In this document: positions 51,237 to 54,180 of the stretch, in pieces
Position numbering within the stretch: the first letter of the stretch is position 1
Layout: each line of letters begins with the position of its first letter
Source: a virus
DNA length: 54,180 nucleotides
Strand: one strand, 5' to 3'
Virus record (IMG/VR): IMGVR_UViG_3300009073_000006
Location: 1 to 54,180 of that record
Program-made: the position numbers and the translations under genes
Notes under the pieces: model-generated
The model's database searches: none
Told to the model about the DNA's origin: nothing
What the model saw: the letters and a program-made list of their open reading frames with translations, nothing else

Positions 51237-51348
51237 ATATGAAATGCAATATGTAATTTTACATAAAACAAAGATAATACTAGACAATCGGAGAAATTGT
51301 GTTAAAAATAATCAACCCCGCAAAATTTATGAAATACGAGTTAATGAA

Positions 51349-52062
51349 ATGACCGAGTTAGCAGTATCCAAAAATATCGAAATGTTTTCAGATATGCAAG
51401 TGCAGGTGGCCGCGCAAATGGCTGCCGCAGGTTATGACGTTGTAGGCATTGAAACTAGCGCAGGATTAGAGAGCGGACAACTTGCGATATTAATGCAAGA
51501 TACAAGATACAAAGAACTATCGACAGAAGTTTCGCAAGAAATAGCTAGTAATGATTTAGAAACAGACTTGTCTTGGGATAGTGTAGAGAAGAAAGCATTA
51601 GCAAGTTTAAGTTATGACTTAGCGCACCATGACGGTGAATTAACTGTTATGGAAAAAATTTCAGTAGCAAAACAAGCTAACGCTGCTCGTCGGCGTGCAG
51701 GTAGACTTGGAGAGCATAACCGCCGAGGTAACGGCGAAGGTGTGATCAATGGTGATGTTAATAATAACACTGTGATTAATTTGCAGTTACCAGAGGTAAT
51801 TACTGATCGGTTGAAAAAGATCGAAAACAGTAGTGGTGAGATTTATGAGCATGAAGCTAAAGAAGTGTTTGATCCTAACGAACAAGGCGAGAGATTAAAC
51901 GTAGAAGATGTTGAAGAGATTTTCGGGTTAGATGTTACTAGCCCTGATCGACAATTTGCTGCGGACGATGATGCGCGTATGTTTGACAAGTTAATCGAAG
52001 ATAAATCTAAAGAAGAAATGAAAGATGATTTTTCCGGTTTCTTTGCGCAGCAAGAAGGTTAA
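51349..52062 (+). CDS. putative small terminase subunit (positional)
   Basis: Start trimmed to ATG 51349 (MTELAVSK). 237 aa, acidic, immediately upstream of the large terminase. No motif evidence. Confidence 0.3.
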   Translation: MTELAVSKNIEMFSDMQVQVAAQMAAAGYDVVGIETSAGLESGQLAILMQDTRYKELSTEVSQEIASNDLETDLSWDSVEKKALASLSYDLAHHDGELTVMEKISVAKQANAARRRAGRLGEHNRRGNGEGVINGDVNNNTVINLQLPEVITDRLKKIENSSGEIYEHEAKEVFDPNEQGERLNVEDVEEIFGLDVTSPDRQFAADDDARMFDKLIEDKSKEEMKDDFSGFFAQQEG

Positions 52063-52072
52063 GTAGTTAGCC

Positions 52073-53674
52073 GTGTCTAATGATTTTACATATGACGAAG
52101 TAGACCAGCTGGCTCAAGAAATGAAAGCCGCGTTAGATGGTCCTTCGACTAGCAAGTTTAAAAGCATTGACGAGTTGCTTGAGGTTAACATGCCTGTCGA
52201 GCAACTGCGCGAGATATTAAGAGTTGATCTGCGGTTGTGGATTATGTTTTGTCTTGTGTATGAAGAAGGTATTAACTCCGGTACTCCTGATTTTCATATC
52301 TGGGGGTTAAAAGAGATGTTAAAAGAGAATGAAAAACCTCTTGCTATCGCTTGGCCTCGTGATCATGCAAAAACAACGTTGGCTAAGATAGCAGTTGCGC
52401 ATTTGTTAACTTTTAGTAAGAAGCGATTTTGTGTTTATATTAGTCATACTCATAAAGTAGCTAAAGCTTCTGCGAAAGATATTAAAGATATATTAAACAG
52501 CCCGCTAATGCGGCAAGTGTTTGGTTCGATAATCTTTGCGACTAACAGTGACGCGTTGGGAGATTACGAGTTTACTTGGCGGGGGAAGATTTGTTTCTTA
52601 GTAGCGTTGGGTGTTGGTATGCAAATTCGTGGTACTAACCGAAACAACAAACGCCCAGATATCATGGTGTTAGACGACGTTGAAAGCGCCCAAGAAGGTG
52701 AAGAGAATAAACTAGGCTACGCAGGTATTGATACGTGGTTTTATAGTTCGGCTAAGAAAGCCATGGACAGTAACGGGCATACTATTCTCCAGATAGGTAA
52801 CTTCGTTGCGAGTAAGAGTTTCTTAGGAGATAACTTGAGAAGTCCTGACTGGAGAAGTCAGATTTTATCTGCGGTTACTAAGCAAGGAAGACCTCTCTGG
52901 GAAAGTAGATGGTCGCTTGAAGAGTTAAAGCTTGATTTAATTAGCTACATGCGCCGGAGTAAAACAAGCGTTTGGTTGTGCGAAATGCTCAATATGCCGT
53001 TGAGTGAGACGGGGCAGTTGTTAAAGATTGACGAGATTAAATTTGAAGAAGAACTAGACCCGTTTGATAAAGATATCAAGTTTAGGTGTATTACTGTAGA
53101 CCCTGCGATTGCAGAAAACAAACGGTACGCAGACCAAGCCGGTATCGGGGTGCATTGTTATCTTAACGGACGTTGGCAGTTGGCAGAGATTAAAGGGGTT
53201 ACTGGTAAAGGTCCGTATGAGTTGTATCGACTGATAATGGAAATGGCTGAGAAGTGGCATGTTAGTTTAGTCGGTATCGAGTGTGAAGGTTATCAAGAAG
53301 CTTTAAGGCAGGTATGTATTACCGAAGCTGAAAGAAGCGGGCTTGGTTTTATGAAATTTGTCGAGTTAAAAACAGGCAAGAAGCGTAAATCTATTCGGAT
53401 TAGTGCTTTTGCTGACATGGTTAAAGAAGGTTATTATACTGTTGCCGTTAGCGGGTTAAGTGTGCTTAGGCAGTTAGCAGAGTATGATATACATGCGAAG
53501 AATAACAAAGACGATTTAGCAGATACTTGCAGTTACTTGCCGCAAATGGTGGATAAGTACAGTGAGTTAATGTTACCGTATATGTTTACAAGAGAACAAA
53601 GTACGGTACTGGGAATGAACAACGCGCTTTATGCGCAGAACTTATCACCTACAAACGCTTATGCAAGGTATTAA
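52073..53674 (+). CDS. terL: terminase large subunit
   Basis: GTG start. ATPase motifs WPRDHAKTT (Walker A-like) and IMVLDDVES (Walker B). C-terminal nuclease-type acidic motifs ITVDPA and GIECEGYQEA. Followed directly by the portal gene. Confidence 0.85.
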   Translation: MSNDFTYDEVDQLAQEMKAALDGPSTSKFKSIDELLEVNMPVEQLREILRVDLRLWIMFCLVYEEGINSGTPDFHIWGLKEMLKENEKPLAIAWPRDHAKTTLAKIAVAHLLTFSKKRFCVYISHTHKVAKASAKDIKDILNSPLMRQVFGSIIFATNSDALGDYEFTWRGKICFLVALGVGMQIRGTNRNNKRPDIMVLDDVESAQEGEENKLGYAGIDTWFYSSAKKAMDSNGHTILQIGNFVASKSFLGDNLRSPDWRSQILSAVTKQGRPLWESRWSLEELKLDLISYMRRSKTSVWLCEMLNMPLSETGQLLKIDEIKFEEELDPFDKDIKFRCITVDPAIAENKRYADQAGIGVHCYLNGRWQLAEIKGVTGKGPYELYRLIMEMAEKWHVSLVGIECEGYQEALRQVCITEAERSGLGFMKFVELKTGKKRKSIRISAFADMVKEGYYTVAVSGLSVLRQLAEYDIHAKNNKDDLADTCSYLPQMVDKYSELMLPYMFTREQSTVLGMNNALYAQNLSPTNAYARY

Positions 53675-53677
53675 ATC

Positions 53678-54180
53678 ATGGCTAAGAGAACTAAAAAAAC
53701 CAGAGAAGAAACCAAGCGTGTTCGCGTTGCGGCAGATCGGTTAATGGGCAAAGAAAAGCACGACAAACTAGTTGAGCGGATTTTTGAAATAATTAGTCCG
53801 GGGATTATTAATCACCAAACCCAAGTTAATAAATATTGTGGTTTGTTGATATCCTTAGCTGCGATGCCTATTGCCGATAATGTTGACAAGGCTAAAGCTG
53901 AAGCTTATGCGCTGGGCGAAAGTACAGTAGTTGGAGACACAAGGTATCCTAAAGCCTTGGGGCATATTAACAGCGTTGCGATTAGTATTATGCAGGTTTT
54001 GTTTCCTGCAAGACAGATGTATGGTAGTGTTGAGGTTCAATCAGACAAGCAGCGTGAGACTAGTGGGCTAGTAGCTGCAATGAATATTCATGCAAAGCAG
54101 TTTAAGCATTATACTAATTTGAGCAGGGTTATTACTGATAGCTTGGCGTTGAACTTGGGTATTGCGATTAATACGTGGGA
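53678..54180 (+). CDS. portal protein, 5' portion (continues at base 2 after the circular junction)
   Basis: ATG at 53678, 4 nt after the terL stop. The frame has no stop to the window end and is in phase with ORF 23..1681 once the 123-bp duplication is collapsed. Confidence 0.6.
   Translation, partial: MAKRTKKTREETKRVRVAADRLMGKEKHDKLVERIFEIISPGIINHQTQVNKYCGLLISLAAMPIADNVDKAKAEAYALGESTVVGDTRYPKALGHINSVAISIMQVLFPARQMYGSVEVQSDKQRETSGLVAAMNIHAKQFKHYTNLSRVITDSLALNLGIAINTW
54058..54180. repeat. exact 123-bp duplicate of bases 1..123 (circular closure overlap)
   Basis: Base-by-base identity: gactagtgggctagtagctgcaatgaatattcatgc ... attaatacgtggga. Confidence 0.95.

Noticed and set aside
1-54180. 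Lysogeny module (integrase, repressor, att site) or a prophage boundary.
   Set aside because: No tyrosine or serine recombinase motifs or CI-like repressor were seen. The sequence closes on itself as an independent replicon-sized phage genome.

Overview
The window is a complete, circularly closed dsDNA phage genome of about 54,057 bp. Bases 54058..54180 repeat bases 1..123 exactly, and the repeat cuts through the portal gene. GC content looks to be in the low 40s percent by eye.

The genome has two arms.
- The rightward (+) morphogenesis arm starts near 51349 and runs through the window junction to 29331. In order it carries a putative small terminase, large terminase, portal, scaffold-like and capsid-like genes, a long tail/fibre cluster rich in cysteine motifs, and an ejection-protein operon with a SleB-type hydrolase and proteins of 800 and 1717 aa.
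- The leftward (-) early/replication arm runs from 50708 down to 29387. It carries small orphan early genes, a 1-kb ORF-free iteron region, an SF1 RecD/Dda-like helicase, an Amidase_2 lysin, a Cas4-like nuclease, a Sak4-like ATPase, a family A DNA polymerase, a MazG-like NTP pyrophosphohydrolase, a P-loop helicase-like protein and a DEDDh exonuclease.

I could not recognise any tRNA, rRNA, CRISPR array, integrase, repressor, primase or phage RNA polymerase.

The most unusual observations are:
- a family of about 140-bp GC-rich imperfect-palindromic intergenic elements (4 copies) whose closing stems covary;
- the ORF-free region with 13 helically phased TGTAATT iterons in four clusters of alternating orientation, plus an inverted duplication of a promoter-iteron cassette;
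- an accessory insert inside the fibre cluster encoding a minimal nucleotidyltransferase and a soluble PAP2/vanadium-haloperoxidase-like enzyme;
- an HlyC/CyaC-like acyltransferase-fold protein at the head of the ejection operon;
- several novel Cys-rich proteins.

All functional calls come from motifs read by eye. No database search was run.
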